From IMG/VR virus record IMGVR_UViG_2700988794_000001, positions 32,001-96,000 of that record: 64,000 bases of DNA. One strand, given 5' to 3'. The translations under genes were made by a program, and so were the position numbers. The notes under the pieces are model-generated. The model had not been told where the DNA came from, ran no database searches, and saw only the letters and a list, made by a program, of their open reading frames with translations. This document shows positions 21,068 to 32,916 of the stretch, one piece after another (position 1 is the first letter of the stretch; every line of letters begins with the position of its first letter). Source of the DNA: a virus (lineage: Duplodnaviria > Caudoviricetes).

Positions 21068-22116
21068 ATGACTGACACACCTGAAGTCCGCACGCGTTCT
21101 CGCACAGCGGCACCATCCACGGAAAGCAATCAGGGCGAAGCAACGGGCGGCATGCGCCGTACCCGCGTTGCCATGGCTACCGGCTCGGCAGGATCGACCG
21201 GCGGCGAAGACACTTCGTGGATGCATACTGGCGACGAAGGCGCGGCCCAGGCCGACAAGGTTCGTCAGGAGCGTGCATCGCAGGACGCGGAAGCTGCCAA
21301 GCGCCCGTCAAGCCCATGCGCTTCAAGCTGGCGTGGAACTTCCAGGATAGCGGCTTCGGCGAAACTGCCGACGTGGTCATCCTCGACGCGAAGCCCGGCC
21401 CGCGCTTCTGGGAGCATACCGCTCGCAACCCGCGTACCGGCTACTGGACGGAATTCGAGCAGTGCCCCCATGAATGGGACAATTGCCCGCTTTGCCCTCC
21501 GGATGGCGAGAAGTCTCCCTACTATGTCATGATGCTTACCGTCATCGACATGCGCGAATTCACTGACCGCGAAGGCAAGGTATGGGCAGCGACCCGTAAA
21601 CTGCTTCCGGTCAAGATCGAGCAGCAGGGCTTCTTCGACGGGCTCTATAAGCAGCATGGATCGCTTCGCGGCATCCGTCTGATCATGACCCGCGATGGTG
21701 GCAAGATGTCGTCGCCGATTGGCAACAACATCCAGTTCGACTGCATCCACACTGAAGAGGAAATGACCGAATACTGCACGTCCTCCGGCCTCTGGGAAGA
21801 GTACAAGCAGGACAACGGTCGCGTCATCTGGGGTGAAGGCGAATTCATCCAGGCCTACAATTACGGCAAGATTTTCGAACGCCCTTCCGGTGCCAAGCTG
21901 CGCCTGAAGTACAACCCCAGCGGCCAGGGCGACACCATCGGTGGTCGCGACCAGCAGCAGGGCGAAGGCTGGCGTTCGGGAACCAATCCGGGCCGGGCAA
22001 CCGGCATGGCACAGCGTAGCTCGCAGCGCCGCGTCAATCTTGACGACACCAAGGGAACCGGCGGCTCGGCTGGCGGACCCAACAGTAACGAAATGGATGA
22101 CAACATTCCGTTTTGA
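21068..22116 (+). CDS. Single-stranded DNA-binding protein (gp32-like); frameshift near 21305
   Basis: FWEH...CPHEWDNCPLC, LTVIDMR, acidic tail DDNIPF. Confidence 0.75.
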
Positions 22117-22150
22117 TGAGTAACCGGCTTCTCCCGGTGCAACAGGTTGC

Positions 22151-23619
22151 ATGCGCATGAATGACATGGTCACAAACGTAGGGAATTCTACGCCGCTAGT
22201 GGGCTCACTCGGCGGCTGGCTCTACGTGCCTTACGATGTCATCGGCGACTATGCCGCCCTGCATCGGGAGAAGACGGCCTTAACCTATCTCCCGAAATTC
22301 GCAGAGACAGACAATGACACAGTTCGCCTATATGAAGATGTCCCTCGCCGCAGGGTTCTCGGCGTTCCGCGCGCTTACGGCCTGGAGCGCTTTGGTCATC
22401 TGCTCAACCCGCGAGACCTCCGTACCTTTGGCGAGCGTATGGGTCCGATCCCGCGTCTTCCAAGTCCAGATCATCCAAGCGTAAAAGACCCGCATGCGCA
22501 GGCCAAGTTTATGGCCGACCTCGAAGCCGCCGCCCGCCAGCACTTTCACTTTCTGGCAGAGGCACCGACCGGCTCCGGCAAGACCGTGTGCGCTATCCGC
22601 ACCGCTGCCGTGATCGGGCGCAAGACCGTGGTTAACGTCCACCTGGAGCGTCTTCTAGGCCAGTGGATGGACGAGATACACAACAAGACCGGCCTCCCCT
22701 ACGACCGCATCGGAATGGTGCAGGGCGACAAGTGGGATTGGCGTGATAAAGATTTCGTAGTGGCGATGATGCCCACGTTGGCCTCGCAGAATGGTCGCAT
22801 CGATCCGGCCTTCTTCCAGTCCTTCGGCACGGCTATCTATGACGAAGTGCACAGGGTCGGCGCTCCCATGCTTGGGCAGACGGCGCACCTCTACCCGGCT
22901 CACTATCGTTGGGGCTTCTCCGCCACGCTATACCGCAAGGACGGCGGCGAACGGACCTTCTACTGGCACATTGGGCCGGTGCGCGTGACCTCCCAGGCCG
23001 CTGCCCTGCCGATGACGGTCTACGTCAAGAAGTACACCGCATACGGAAAGCTATGGGGCAAGAACCACGGAAGCCGGATGCAGTGCCTGTCGCAGGATTG
23101 GTCCCGGAACCAATTGCTGGTGGTCTTCATCCGCCGCTTGCATCGCGCCGGGCGTCAGACGCTGATCGTCGGCGACAGTGTTCAACATCTACAGCACCTG
23201 ATGGACCTTTGCGCCCAGGCAGGTGTTTCCCGTGAAGACATGGGACAGTTTACGAGCGAGCGGCACATACTTCAGGAGTACGTGAACGAAAAAGGGGAAA
23301 AGAAGACACGGGTTCGGAAAATCAAGATCAAGCCGGAAGAACTGGATGCCGTTAAAGAGAACGCGCAACTGATCTTTGCCACGTATGGATGATGACGGAA
23401 GGTATCGACATACCCCGTCTCGACGCTGGCATCGACGTGCTACCACGAGGAGACGCAACACAACTTATTGGCCGCATTCGTCGGCCACGCCCTGGAAAGC
23501 CAGAACCTGTCTGGATCACCCTACTCGATACCAAATGCTTTATGAGCAAGAAGTATTTTGAGCGCAGGTGCAAGGACTATCAGGCTACCGGTGCGATAAT
23601 CAGAGAAGGTGCAATATAA
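22151..23619 (+). CDS. Superfamily 2 DNA helicase; frameshift near 23390
   Basis: APTGSGKT, YDEVH, GFSAT..RKDG, EGIDIPRLD, QLIGRIRR. Confidence 0.9.
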
Positions 23620-24095
23620 TGACCGCCGCCGCAGCAACTGACAAGACTTATAAGGATCGCAATGCGCGCCGCCGTGCTCGCTATGCGGAAGACCCTGCCT
23701 ATCGCCAGAGCATCATCGAACGTGAGCGCTCGAAGCGCACCACGGTCGTGACTGACTGCCGGGAGAATTTGGCCCACCTCGAAACGTTTGGCCACGTCCG
23801 CGAATACCACAAGCCGAATGGCGTGGTTGACACGGGCCTGACCTTCACCATCGAAGAAGCCGCCTCCGCCATGGGCCGGACACCGAAGAGCCTCTACAAA
23901 TATTATAGCAAGGACATGTTCCCTCGCCCGGTCTATACCGTGAAGGGTCCGACTGGCCTTGTGCAGGAGGCTTACACCGAAACGCAGATGCGCGCCCTGA
24001 TCAACGTCTTCGGCGCTCACCTCGCAGAAACGCCATACTACGGCGTCTACCACAAGCAGACCAGAGCAGCCCTCTTCGGCTGTATCGGTCAGTAA
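23619..24095 (+). CDS. Putative MerR-like HTH DNA-binding protein
   Basis: FTIEEAASAMGRTPKSLYKYYSKDMFPRP...YTETQM. Confidence 0.55.
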   Translation: MTAAAATDKTYKDRNARRRARYAEDPAYRQSIIERERSKRTTVVTDCRENLAHLETFGHVREYHKPNGVVDTGLTFTIEEAASAMGRTPKSLYKYYSKDMFPRPVYTVKGPTGLVQEAYTETQMRALINVFGAHLAETPYYGVYHKQTRAALFGCIGQ

Positions 24096-24106
24096 CAGGA
24101 GCAGTC

Positions 24107-24499
24107 ATGTCCACGGGAGATTTGACGGTGCGCACTCGTAACAGGGTGCCACCGCCGGAACCACAAGCCGCCCCTCGGAGGGCTGTCAACCTCCACGTCG
24201 AACCGGAATTGGTCATCCACGAAGGTTCGGTCCAGGTCAGTCGCGTCATGTACGGCGTCGAGACCGAGAGCGTCAACGAGAAGGTCGCCGTGCCGATCTT
24301 TCACACCGCTCCGGCTCGCGTCCGCATCAGCGGCGGCATCACCAAGAACCTCGGCGACTATAATAGCGCCCGGTTTGATGTCTCGATGGAGCTTCCCTGC
24401 TATCCGGAAGACAGCGAGATCGACAGAACGAAGAGCTACATATCGGCCAAGGTCGAGCAGTATCTTCTGGAAGAAATGGAACAAGCCGGAGTGCCATAA
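24107..24499 (+). CDS. Conserved phage protein
   Basis: GITKNLGDYNSARFDVS motif; GGAG RBS. Confidence 0.7.
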   Translation: MSTGDLTVRTRNRVPPPEPQAAPRRAVNLHVEPELVIHEGSVQVSRVMYGVETESVNEKVAVPIFHTAPARVRISGGITKNLGDYNSARFDVSMELPCYPEDSEIDRTKSYISAKVEQYLLEEMEQAGVP

Positions 24500-24500
24500 G

Positions 24501-25681
24501 ATGACTGAAGTCCGTTCCCGTAGCCGTCCCGCTGCCGCACCTGCCGCCGTGCAACCTGTTGCACCGACCATCGCCACACCCGCCTACAATCGTGGCGAGT
24601 TGGCTGGCGTCCTGAAGGCCGTCAACAAGAGCCATGGCGAGGGCATCATCTCCCGTGGCAACGTCAAGCCCGTGATCGAGCATATCCCCACCGGCATCTT
24701 TGCGCTCGACATGGCGACCTTCGGCGGCATCCCGCAGGGCCTTGTGACGCTGCTCTACGGCTGGGAAAGCTCCGGCAAGACGACACTCTCCATGAAGGCC
24801 ATCGCGGGCGCTCAGAAGAAGTACCCGTCGAAGGCTGTCACGGTTATCGACATCGAAGGCACCTTCGATATGAATTGGGCTCGCAACGGCCACGGCGTCG
24901 ATACCGACAGTCTGGTCTACGTCAGCCCGTCCTCTGGCGAGCAGGCGCTGGATATCGCCGATGGCATCTTGCGTGCCGAGGAGACCTCGCTGATCCTGGT
25001 GGATAGCTTGGCCGCGCTCATCCCCACCAAGGAACTGGAGAAGAGCTTCGAAGACGGCGTCGTCGGCGAGCAGGCGCGTCTGATCGGTCGCTTCGTCCGC
25101 AAGGTGCAGCAAGCCGTCCTGGAAGAACGTCGCCGTGGGCACGCTCCTGCCATCATCCTGGTCAACCAGTGGCGCTACAAGGTCGGCGTCATGCACGGCG
25201 ATCCTCGCACCCTTCCGGGCGGCATGGCGCAGCACTACGTGGCCGGTCTCAAGATCGATATCAAGAACAAGGAAAAAGCCGGTCGCGATGATCGTAACAT
25301 CGAAGTGATCGACTACAACGAGCACTCGTTCACCATCGCCAAAAACAAGATGGGCAACGGCATCCGCACGGGTGAGTTCGAGATGATCCGCAACCCGTCG
25401 CATTGGCTCGGGCCGGGCTTCATTGACGACGCCAAGACCGTTGTCTCCTACGCCATCAAGATGGGCCTTGTCGGCGGCTCCGGGGTCGCTACACCTTTGA
25501 CGGCCTCCCCAATGAGACCTTCCGCAAGTACGATGACATCGCCGAATACATGTACCAAGACCTGGACTTCTTCGACGCCACCAAGCATCGCCTGATCTCG
25601 CTTCAGCGCATTGCTTCCGGCCTCGAAGGCACGGGCTGGTACGTACCGGAAAGCCAGCAACTCTTGCAGGCCGCAGAATGA
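24501..25681 (+). CDS. recA: RecA recombinase; frameshift in G-run near 25485
   Basis: IPTG..ALD.A..GGIP.G, YGWESSGKTT, IDIEG, LVDSLAAL, VNQWR, PGG, KNK. Confidence 0.92.
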
Positions 25682-25805
25682 GGGGCTACATCGGTATCAT
25701 CGTTGTCATGGTCGGCGTCAGCGTCGGCCTTGTCACCCTCAAGTATAGCGCTTGCCGATACGAGAACCTCGGCAGGCTCTACTGCGCTTTCCAGAGCATC
25801 CGCTG

Positions 25806-26171
25806 ATGGCCCTCGCAACTCCCAAGCGGCTGCAAGCGCCGACACCCTCACATGCCCGCTCCAAGGTGCAGGAGAAGACGCAAGCCAAGCGCGTCGGCGG
25901 CAAGGTCACTACCGGCTCTGGCAACAAATATGAGAAGGGCGATGTCCGACTGAAAGGTGTCGCCCGGATCGAAGCCAAGACCACGAAGAACTCCAGCTAC
26001 AGCGTCACCAAAGAGACGATCCGCAAGCTGGAAGACGCGTGCTTCGGAGCGGGGGAAATCCCGATCCTCCACGTCGAGCTTGAGCTTGGCAACTGCAAGT
26101 TTGTCGTCATGCCAGATTATGCCCTGGACATGGTTCTGGACGTACTGAGGGAAAAGAATGGCACTGCTTAG
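25806..26171 (+). CDS. PD-(D/E)xK nuclease, Holliday-junction-resolvase-like
   Basis: QEK..AK..GG..T.GSG....KGDV......IEAKTT. Confidence 0.7.
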   Translation: MALATPKRLQAPTPSHARSKVQEKTQAKRVGGKVTTGSGNKYEKGDVRLKGVARIEAKTTKNSSYSVTKETIRKLEDACFGAGEIPILHVELELGNCKFVVMPDYALDMVLDVLREKNGTA

Positions 26172-27089
26172 GAACATTGTCCGGGCCGCACAGGGCAGCA
26201 CAGCAGCCAGGGAGGGCCAACCAATGACGGGATACCCGTGGCCCCTCGCGGCCTCATGCCACGCATGCCGACGATCCCTGATGACTACATTAAGGAAACC
26301 GTCAAGCGCCTGGACAACGCTCCGCAGGCGTCCCGGCTCAACCACCCAGGCTATGTGCACGTCTCCTCCCTGATCAACGTCTGTGCCCGGCAATACGCCC
26401 TCGCACACCGCTACCAAGTCGAGGTGATGGAAGCTAGCCCGACCGGCGGTCACCGTGTCATGTGGAAGATCGGGCGCGCTGTCGAAAAGCATGTCCGGTC
26501 GCAGTTCATCGTTGGGCAGGGCCGTCAAGGTATCTATGGCGTCTGGAAGTGCATGTGCGGTCGCATCGACCATCTCGGCATGTTCCCCGCCCGCACATGT
26601 AACTATTGTGGAGAGCAGGCCACCAAGTATTGCGAGCCTGTTCTTCATGATGACGAGAACAAGATCGTCGGTTCGCCGGATATCACCTTCCTCGTCGGGC
26701 GCTATTACTTCGTGCCGGTCGAACTGAAGTCTATGAACAAGACGGATTGGGATGCGCTCGAAGCGCCAGTGCCCGATCATATCGCCCAGGCGGCAATGTA
26801 TCGGCACCTCTACTCTATCAAGGGCTACCACGTTCACGACAACGTGAAATTCGTCTACACGACCAAGGACTTCAAATGGGGTGATCCCTATAAAGAGTAT
26901 CAGGTCGATTGCACCCAAGAAGCCGTCGTCAACGTGGTTAACGCCATGGTCGAAGCGGCTCGCCGTATCAGGGTGTCGGGCGAGACCCGCACCTTGCCAA
27001 ATCGTACCGTGTGCCGGACGGCGGGCAATTCCCGCGCCAAGGCTTGCCCGGTCGCACACCTTTGTTTCTCTATGGGAGAGAGCCAGTGA
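26158..27089 (+). CDS. Cas4/RecB-like PD-(D/E)xK exonuclease; frameshift near 26235
   Basis: VSSL..C.RQ, G.PD, VELKS, Q...Y, C-terminal C...C..C. Confidence 0.75.
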
Positions 27090-27688
27090 ACAACGACATA
27101 TACGCACAGTTCCTCCGGTCATCGCAGCCGGTCGAGGGCTATGAGCATGGCATGACCGTCATGGGTATCGATCCGAGCCCGAACAACACAGGCATCGCTA
27201 TCCTCTCGATGGGCAGGATCAAGTTCTTCACCATCGGTTGGGGAACCGAGGTCAATCAGGTGGAACGGCTGGCGCTCTTCAGCGAGGAGATCGACGGCAT
27301 CTTGAGCCGCTACGAGCCGAAGGCTATCGCCATTGAGGGCTACTCGTTCGCCTCCAAGTTCTCGCAGTCGCACAAGCTTGGCGAACTCGGCGGCACGATC
27401 AAGCTGGCGATCCGGCGCTACTCGAAGCAGACCAACGCCCCGCTGATCATCACCCCGCCGACGACCCTGAAGCAGTTCGTTCGCGGCATCGGCAAGGGCA
27501 GCAAAGCGGACATGCTCAAGGACGCCAAAGCCCGCTGGGAATTTAAAACATCTCAAAACGACGAAATCGACGCGGGTGCACTTGCATTTGTAGCCGCCAC
27601 GGTGCAGTACCGTGCAGACCAAAAATTCGGTCATGTCCTCTTCCACGATGGGAAGGGCAAGGGAGGGGTGGAAGTCTTTAAGTGGTGA
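27086..27688 (+). CDS. ruvC: RuvC-like Holliday junction resolvase
   Basis: MGIDPSPNNTG, IAIEGY, ELGG, P..LK.F..G.G...K, DEIDA. Confidence 0.82.
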   Translation: MNNDIYAQFLRSSQPVEGYEHGMTVMGIDPSPNNTGIAILSMGRIKFFTIGWGTEVNQVERLALFSEEIDGILSRYEPKAIAIEGYSFASKFSQSHKLGELGGTIKLAIRRYSKQTNAPLIITPPTTLKQFVRGIGKGSKADMLKDAKARWEFKTSQNDEIDAGALAFVAATVQYRADQKFGHVLFHDGKGKGGVEVFKW

Positions 27689-27696
27689 TATTTTGT

Positions 27697-27747
27697 TGCA
27701 ACTTGTTGCAGCGAGGTGTTGACAAAGGATTATTCCTCCCTTAGATT
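27697..27747 (+). promoter_or_regulatory. Palindrome + conserved promoter
   Basis: TGCAACTTGTTGCA; TTGACAAAGGATTATTCC..TAGATT. Confidence 0.8.
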
Positions 27748-27794
27748 GCAGTTGTGAAGTGAAGATTGGAAGCCAACAAATGGAGGTTTTACCT

Positions 27795-29150
27795 ATGGCA
27801 TCCGAGTACAAGCAAGGCGACATTGTCGCGTTCAAAGACTACGAAGACAGCGCCAAGGCGGCTGAAGGTTTTGTGGCCATCCTGGAACCCGGCCAGACCC
27901 TTCGGATCGAAAAGGTCGGCGATGACGGTTCTCTGATCGTCGTTGCGATTGACGAGGAAGGCGCTGCCATTCTCGGCGACGACAACAAGCCGGTCGCAGA
28001 TCAGGTGTTCCCGGAAGAAGTCGAAGAACTCGCTGGCGACGAAGCCACCGAAGAAACCGACACGGACGGCGCATCCGCCACCGACGCCGCCACGGCTGAA
28101 GAAGCCGCTCCGGCCAAGACCGAAGCCCCGGCCCCGGCTGGCAAGCGTGCCGCTGGAACCGGCAAGGCAAAGCCCGCTGCTGCCGTGAAGGAAAAGGCAC
28201 CTACCGCCGCCGAGAAGAAGGCGAAGGAAAAGGCCGACGCCAAGGCGGCTGCTGAAAAGGCAAAGGCTGACGCCGCTGCCAAGAAGCTCGCCGACAAGGA
28301 AGCTGCCGACAAGGCCAAGGCGGACGCCAAGGCTGCGAAGGAAGCCGAGAAGCAGAAGAAGGCCGAAGCCAAGCTGGCAACGCCGGACAATGATGACCCG
28401 CTGATGATCCGGGTGGACGAGACCAAGACGGTCACCGAAATCCTGAAGGACCAGTCGGCTCTCGAAGCGGCCAAGATGCTGGTCAATCGTTCGGAGCAGA
28501 CCGACTTCACCCTCGGCGGCGTTCTGCACAACATCTACGTGACCGGCGCGTTCAAGTCGATTGGCTACGACGGCAAGCGCGGCTTCTCCGACTACGTGGA
28601 AAGCGAACTCGGCGTTCAGTACCGCAAGGCGCGCTACCTGATCACCATCTACACCACGTTCGCCCAGGTGTTCCGCGCCAAGGGTATCACGGAAGACGAC
28701 CTCCTGAAGCTCGGCTGGTCGAAGGCCAAGGAACTCGCCCGTATCCCGGTCAACAAGCTGGTCGAAGACTACGACAAGCTCATCGCCATGGCCGTGGACA
28801 AGGAGAAGTCCCGCGACGATCTCATCGCGCACATCAAGGACAACTACGAAGTCGTCCAGCGTGAAGAAACCGTCAAGGCCATCGACCTGAAGTTCCGTCT
28901 GGTCGCCGACGCCGCTGACGTGGTCAATCAGGCCCTGGAAAAGGCCAAGGGTCTCGTCGGCGAAGGCGCTGACCTCAACAAGGCCCTGGAATACATGGCT
29001 GGCGATTGGCTGAACACAGCCGCAAGCGAAACGACGATGACGCTCCAGTCGTTGATCGACTTGGCTTCGGCTCAGTTCGGTGTTACCCTGGTCGCCGCCG
29101 AGGAAGGTTCCACTTCGGAAGCCGGTGAAGTAGCCGAACAGGCCGCTTAA
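27795..29150 (+). CDS. Ala/Lys-rich protein with a putative DNA-binding C-terminal domain
   Basis: AEKKAKEKADAKAAAEKAK linker; FTLGGVL..I....F...GY....F.DYVE.ELG..YRKA.YL, LGWSKA. Confidence 0.65.
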   Translation: MASEYKQGDIVAFKDYEDSAKAAEGFVAILEPGQTLRIEKVGDDGSLIVVAIDEEGAAILGDDNKPVADQVFPEEVEELAGDEATEETDTDGASATDAATAEEAAPAKTEAPAPAGKRAAGTGKAKPAAAVKEKAPTAAEKKAKEKADAKAAAEKAKADAAAKKLADKEAADKAKADAKAAKEAEKQKKAEAKLATPDNDDPLMIRVDETKTVTEILKDQSALEAAKMLVNRSEQTDFTLGGVLHNIYVTGAFKSIGYDGKRGFSDYVESELGVQYRKARYLITIYTTFAQVFRAKGITEDDLLKLGWSKAKELARIPVNKLVEDYDKLIAMAVDKEKSRDDLIAHIKDNYEVVQREETVKAIDLKFRLVADAADVVNQALEKAKGLVGEGADLNKALEYMAGDWLNTAASETTMTLQSLIDLASAQFGVTLVAAEEGSTSEAGEVAEQAA

Positions 29151-29154
29151 TCAG

Positions 29155-29230
29155 GCGGGGGAGGGGAGGTGGTTAGCCTCCATTCTCCTCTCCCCTCCCA
29201 TACATAGGCCCGCTTCGGCGGGCTTTTTCT
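29155..29230 (+). terminator. Anti-SD-loop hairpin followed by intrinsic terminator
   Basis: GGGAGGGGAG/CTCCCCTCCC stem; GGCCCGC-TTCG-GCGGGCT-TTTT. Confidence 0.8.
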
Positions 29231-29231
29231 T

Positions 29232-29282
29232 TGCAACTTGTTGCACTTAGCTGTTGCCAAAGGAACGGTTCTACGTTAGATT
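29232..29282 (+). promoter_or_regulatory. Palindrome + conserved promoter
   Basis: TGCAACTTGTTGCA; TTGCCAAAGGAACGGTTC..TAGATT. Confidence 0.8.
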
Positions 29283-29310
29283 ATAAACATCGAAACGGAG
29301 AACCACCGCA

Positions 29311-29901
29311 ATGAACACCCCCACTACTGCAAAGCATCTCCAGGGCGTAATGCACCTCCTCCCGGCCAAGGACCAGTCCTTCGCGAAGAGCCTGATCAGC
29401 GCCCGTAACCCGACCGAGAAGCAACTCTTCTGGATCGGCAAGCTGTTCGACCGCGCCGTAGGTGCCGAGTGCAAGCCGGAGCGCGAGACCGCCACGGTCG
29501 GCGACATGGCTGGCATCAACGCAATGTTCGACCGCATCGGCAAGACCAAGCTCCGCCGCCCGGCTATCGTGCTCCACACCGACTACTGCGGAGATGTCCG
29601 CCTCAACGTCGCCGGTCCCGGTGCCCAGGTGCCCGGCTCGATCAACGTGGTCGCTGTCGATGGCGGACAGTGGTTCGGTCGCGTCACCAAGTCTGGCGTG
29701 TTCGAGAAGTCCTTCAAGCATGAGACGCCCGACAGTGTCGTGGACATCCTCCGCGAGTTCGCCGCCGAGCCCCTGGAGGTTGCGGCTCGCCACGGCAAGC
29801 TGACAGGCCGCTGCTGCTTCTGCAACCACGGTCTGAAAGACCCGAAGTCCACCGCCCGTGGCTACGGCCCTATTTGTGCTCGTGCCTGGGTTGGGGCGTA
29901 A
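29311..29901 (+). CDS. DUF6011-like Zn-finger protein
   Basis: HGKLTGRCCFC...L.DP.S..RGYGPICA. Confidence 0.7.
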   Translation: MNTPTTAKHLQGVMHLLPAKDQSFAKSLISARNPTEKQLFWIGKLFDRAVGAECKPERETATVGDMAGINAMFDRIGKTKLRRPAIVLHTDYCGDVRLNVAGPGAQVPGSINVVAVDGGQWFGRVTKSGVFEKSFKHETPDSVVDILREFAAEPLEVAARHGKLTGRCCFCNHGLKDPKSTARGYGPICARAWVGA

Positions 29902-30019
29902 GCCCTTCCTCACGGTGAAACTTGTTGCACTCGAATTTTGTTGCCTACATATGTTGACCTGTATATAGTGGTACGCTGGGAACGGCACCCACCACATACA
30001 GACATCATTGGAGCAATGG

Positions 30020-32433
30020 ATGAGTACCGAAGCGGCAACGTATCGCCAGTTCGCGCCCGGCATGGGCCAAGCAGTAGCAGAGCGGACCATTCTCCGCAAA
30101 ATTCTCAAGGATGGTATCGAACTTCCGAGCCTTCTCTCGGTTCACCCCAAAGACCCAGATCGTGGTCATATCATCCGCATCTGCCAGGAACGTGGCATCG
30201 GCTTCGCTCTCGACCCGGAACAAGAAATCCGCTTCGCGAACTACCTGGAATGGGAGAATTGGGCCACGTCGCCGACCGCGTATCGCACGGCAACTCCCTT
30301 CTTGACCCTCGTGGCTCAGTCCACCGTGCAGACGAATTCTTCTCGATGCTGCACCATCTCCGCCAAGCTTCGATCCTGATGTCCGGTCGCCACCTTCAGC
30401 ACGGCGACGAAAATCAGCCCACCCGCAACATGGAAGTCTTCACCAACTGCTCCACGGCGGCAACTACCTTCCTCCTCTTCTATCTCCTCCTCAATGGTTC
30501 TGGCGTCGGTCGCTCATACGATGACGCCATGATCAAGGCCGACCTCAACTTCATGCCCATCGTCGTGCCGACCATCGAATGGTCACACCCAGATGCAGCA
30601 AGCGGCGCGGTCACCGGCTTCCTCACGAAGCGCGATGCCGAGCATCTCTATGCCGGTCGCAAGATCACCGTCTTCAACGTCCCTGATGACCGCGAAGGAT
30701 GGGCCAAGGCAATCGAGAAGATCGAAGTCATGGCTCGCCAGAAGCGCCGCGAGGAAGTGCTGATCCTGGAGTTCTCTGGCGTCCGCGAGAAGGTCGCCCG
30801 ATCATGGGCATGCAGGTCGCCCGGCTTCCGGTCCCGGCCCGCTGATGTCCGCCATCGCCAACATCGCCAAGCTTCGTGACGCAGGCATGGAACCGTGGCG
30901 CGCTACCATGTACGCCGACCACTACGCCGCCGAGTGCGTGCTCGTGGGTGGTGCCCGCCGTGCCGCTCGCATGGCTACCAAGCACTGGAAAGACAAGACC
31001 ATCTTCGGCTTCATCGAACTGAAGCGTGGTGGGTTCCTCTGGTCTTCGAACAACTCCATCGCCATTGACGATGAGTTCCGCCAGCGCGTGACGAAGGTGG
31101 TCAACCTGATCGGCTCCCAGGACGTTCCTGGTTCTGTCGGTTACGCAACGATCCTCCGTTGCTCTGGTCAGATCGATGAGTGGGACTTGCATGCCTATAA
31201 GGTTCTCTGCGAACTGGCGAAGGCTGCGTACCACGACAAGACCGGCGAGCCGGCCTGATCAACGTGGACAAGCTCACCCACAAGAACGACGGCATTCAGG
31301 CATACGTTGACGGCCTCTACGCCGAGGGCAACAAGTACGCTCCCGACGAAGACGCTCGCCAGCTTATGATCGACATCGCCGAGGTGGTGCTGGGTCTCAG
31401 CTACACGATGATCACCAATCCGTGTGGCGAGATTTGTTTGCTACTCTTAGGTGCATACTGTGTCATCGCCGACGTGGTGCCCTTCCATGCGCAGAACGAT
31501 GACGACGCCGAAGACGCCTTCCGCACCGCCGTCCGTGCCCTCATCCGTACCAACCTCATGGACTGCCTCTATAACCGCGAGGTGTCGCGCACCAACCGCA
31601 TCGGCGTCGGCATCACCGGGTTCCATGAATGGGCCTATGCCCGCTTCGGCTTCACGTGGCACGATCTCGTGGACGAGGAGAAGTCCAAGGAACTCTGGAT
31701 GACGCTTGCCCGGTTCAAGCGCGCCATTGACGACGAAGCCCAGACCTATTCGAAGGTGCTTGGCGTCACCGTCCCGCACACCAACACGACGTTCAAGCCC
31801 GCAGGCACAACGTCCAAGCTGTTCGGCCTCACTGAAGGCGCACACCTTCCGTCGATGCGCGAATACCTTCGCTGGGTGCAGTTCCGCCACGACGACCCGC
31901 TCGTGCAGCAGTACGAAGAACGCGGCTACCCGATCATGCACCTGAAGAGCTACGAGGGAACCACAGTTGTAGGCTTCCCGACAAGGCCGACCATCTGCGA
32001 TCTCGGAAGCTCGGAATGGGTGGTCACCGCCGCCGAGGCAACGCCGGAAGACCAGTACCAGTTCCTCCGCAACCTGGAGAAATACTGGATACACGGCGTG
32101 GACGAAGACGGTGCCCCGCTTCCCGGCGAAACTGGCAATCAGGTCAGCTACACCCTGAAGTACGATCCGGAAGTCGTGACGTTCGAGCAGTTCTTCCACA
32201 CCCTGATCGAAGGTCAGTTCTCCATCCGTTGCTGCTCTGTCATGCCGCAGGCCGACACGTCCGCCTACGAGTACCAGCCGGAGACGCCTGTCTCGAAGCA
32301 TGAGTTCGAGATGATCGCCGAGCAAATCGCTGAAGCCGGTCGCATGGATGAAGACATCGGCAAGGAGCATATCGACTGCTCGACGGGCGCTTGCCCTGTT
32401 GACTTCGTGGCCGATGAGAAAGAGGATGCATGA
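30020..32433 (+). CDS. nrdJ: Class II (B12-dependent) ribonucleotide reductase; four apparent G-deletion frameshifts
   Basis: FTNC, GSGVG, VGGARRAA, TNPCGEI, RIGVGITG, TTFKPAGTTS, C-terminal CSTGACP. Confidence 0.88.
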
Positions 32434-32645
32434 GCACTAAAGCCTACCGGAAATACCGGAAGAACTATGACAAGGTCCGGGCGGACCCGACAGACCTGAA
32501 AGCAGGTATCAAGATGCTCTATTGGGCGTCCAAGGCCTACGAGCAGGGTCATCCAGAGGTAAGCTGGGCTTGGTTCCAGCGCTTACAGGTGGATTTCCTT
32601 CAGGTTGTGGTCGCATGGAGAGCGAAACAGGAGGGGGCTTTATAG
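32430..32645 (+). CDS. Hypothetical protein
   Basis: Coupled to nrdJ stop. Confidence 0.5.
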   Translation: MSTKAYRKYRKNYDKVRADPTDLKAGIKMLYWASKAYEQGHPEVSWAWFQRLQVDFLQVVVAWRAKQEGAL

Positions 32646-32709
32646 CCCCCTTTCTCTTGCAACGTGTTGCACGATACTATATGGTCGCGAACACATGTAG
32701 GAGATAGGC

Positions 32710-32916
32710 ATGGACGCAACGGAAAGTCTGCCGCCAGCGTTGAAGGGGTTCCTGATCAACATGATCAAAGAAACCATGTATGACGCGGGCTACAATGCCG
32801 AGCAAGTGCTCAAGCATCTTGCCGAGGTAGAGCCGACGCTCGACAAGATGAGCCACGAAGAAGTAACGCTGAAGCTCCTGCATGAGATGTCGGACAGCGC
32901 CTATCACTTTTGCTGA
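32710..32916 (+). CDS. Hypothetical protein
   Basis: 68 aa with AGGAG RBS. Confidence 0.6.
   Translation: MDATESLPPALKGFLINMIKETMYDAGYNAEQVLKHLAEVEPTLDKMSHEEVTLKLLHEMSDSAYHFC

Noticed and set aside
26158-27089. Cas4-like gene as a CRISPR component
   Set aside because: Stand-alone exonuclease in a RecA/RuvC recombination block, common in phages
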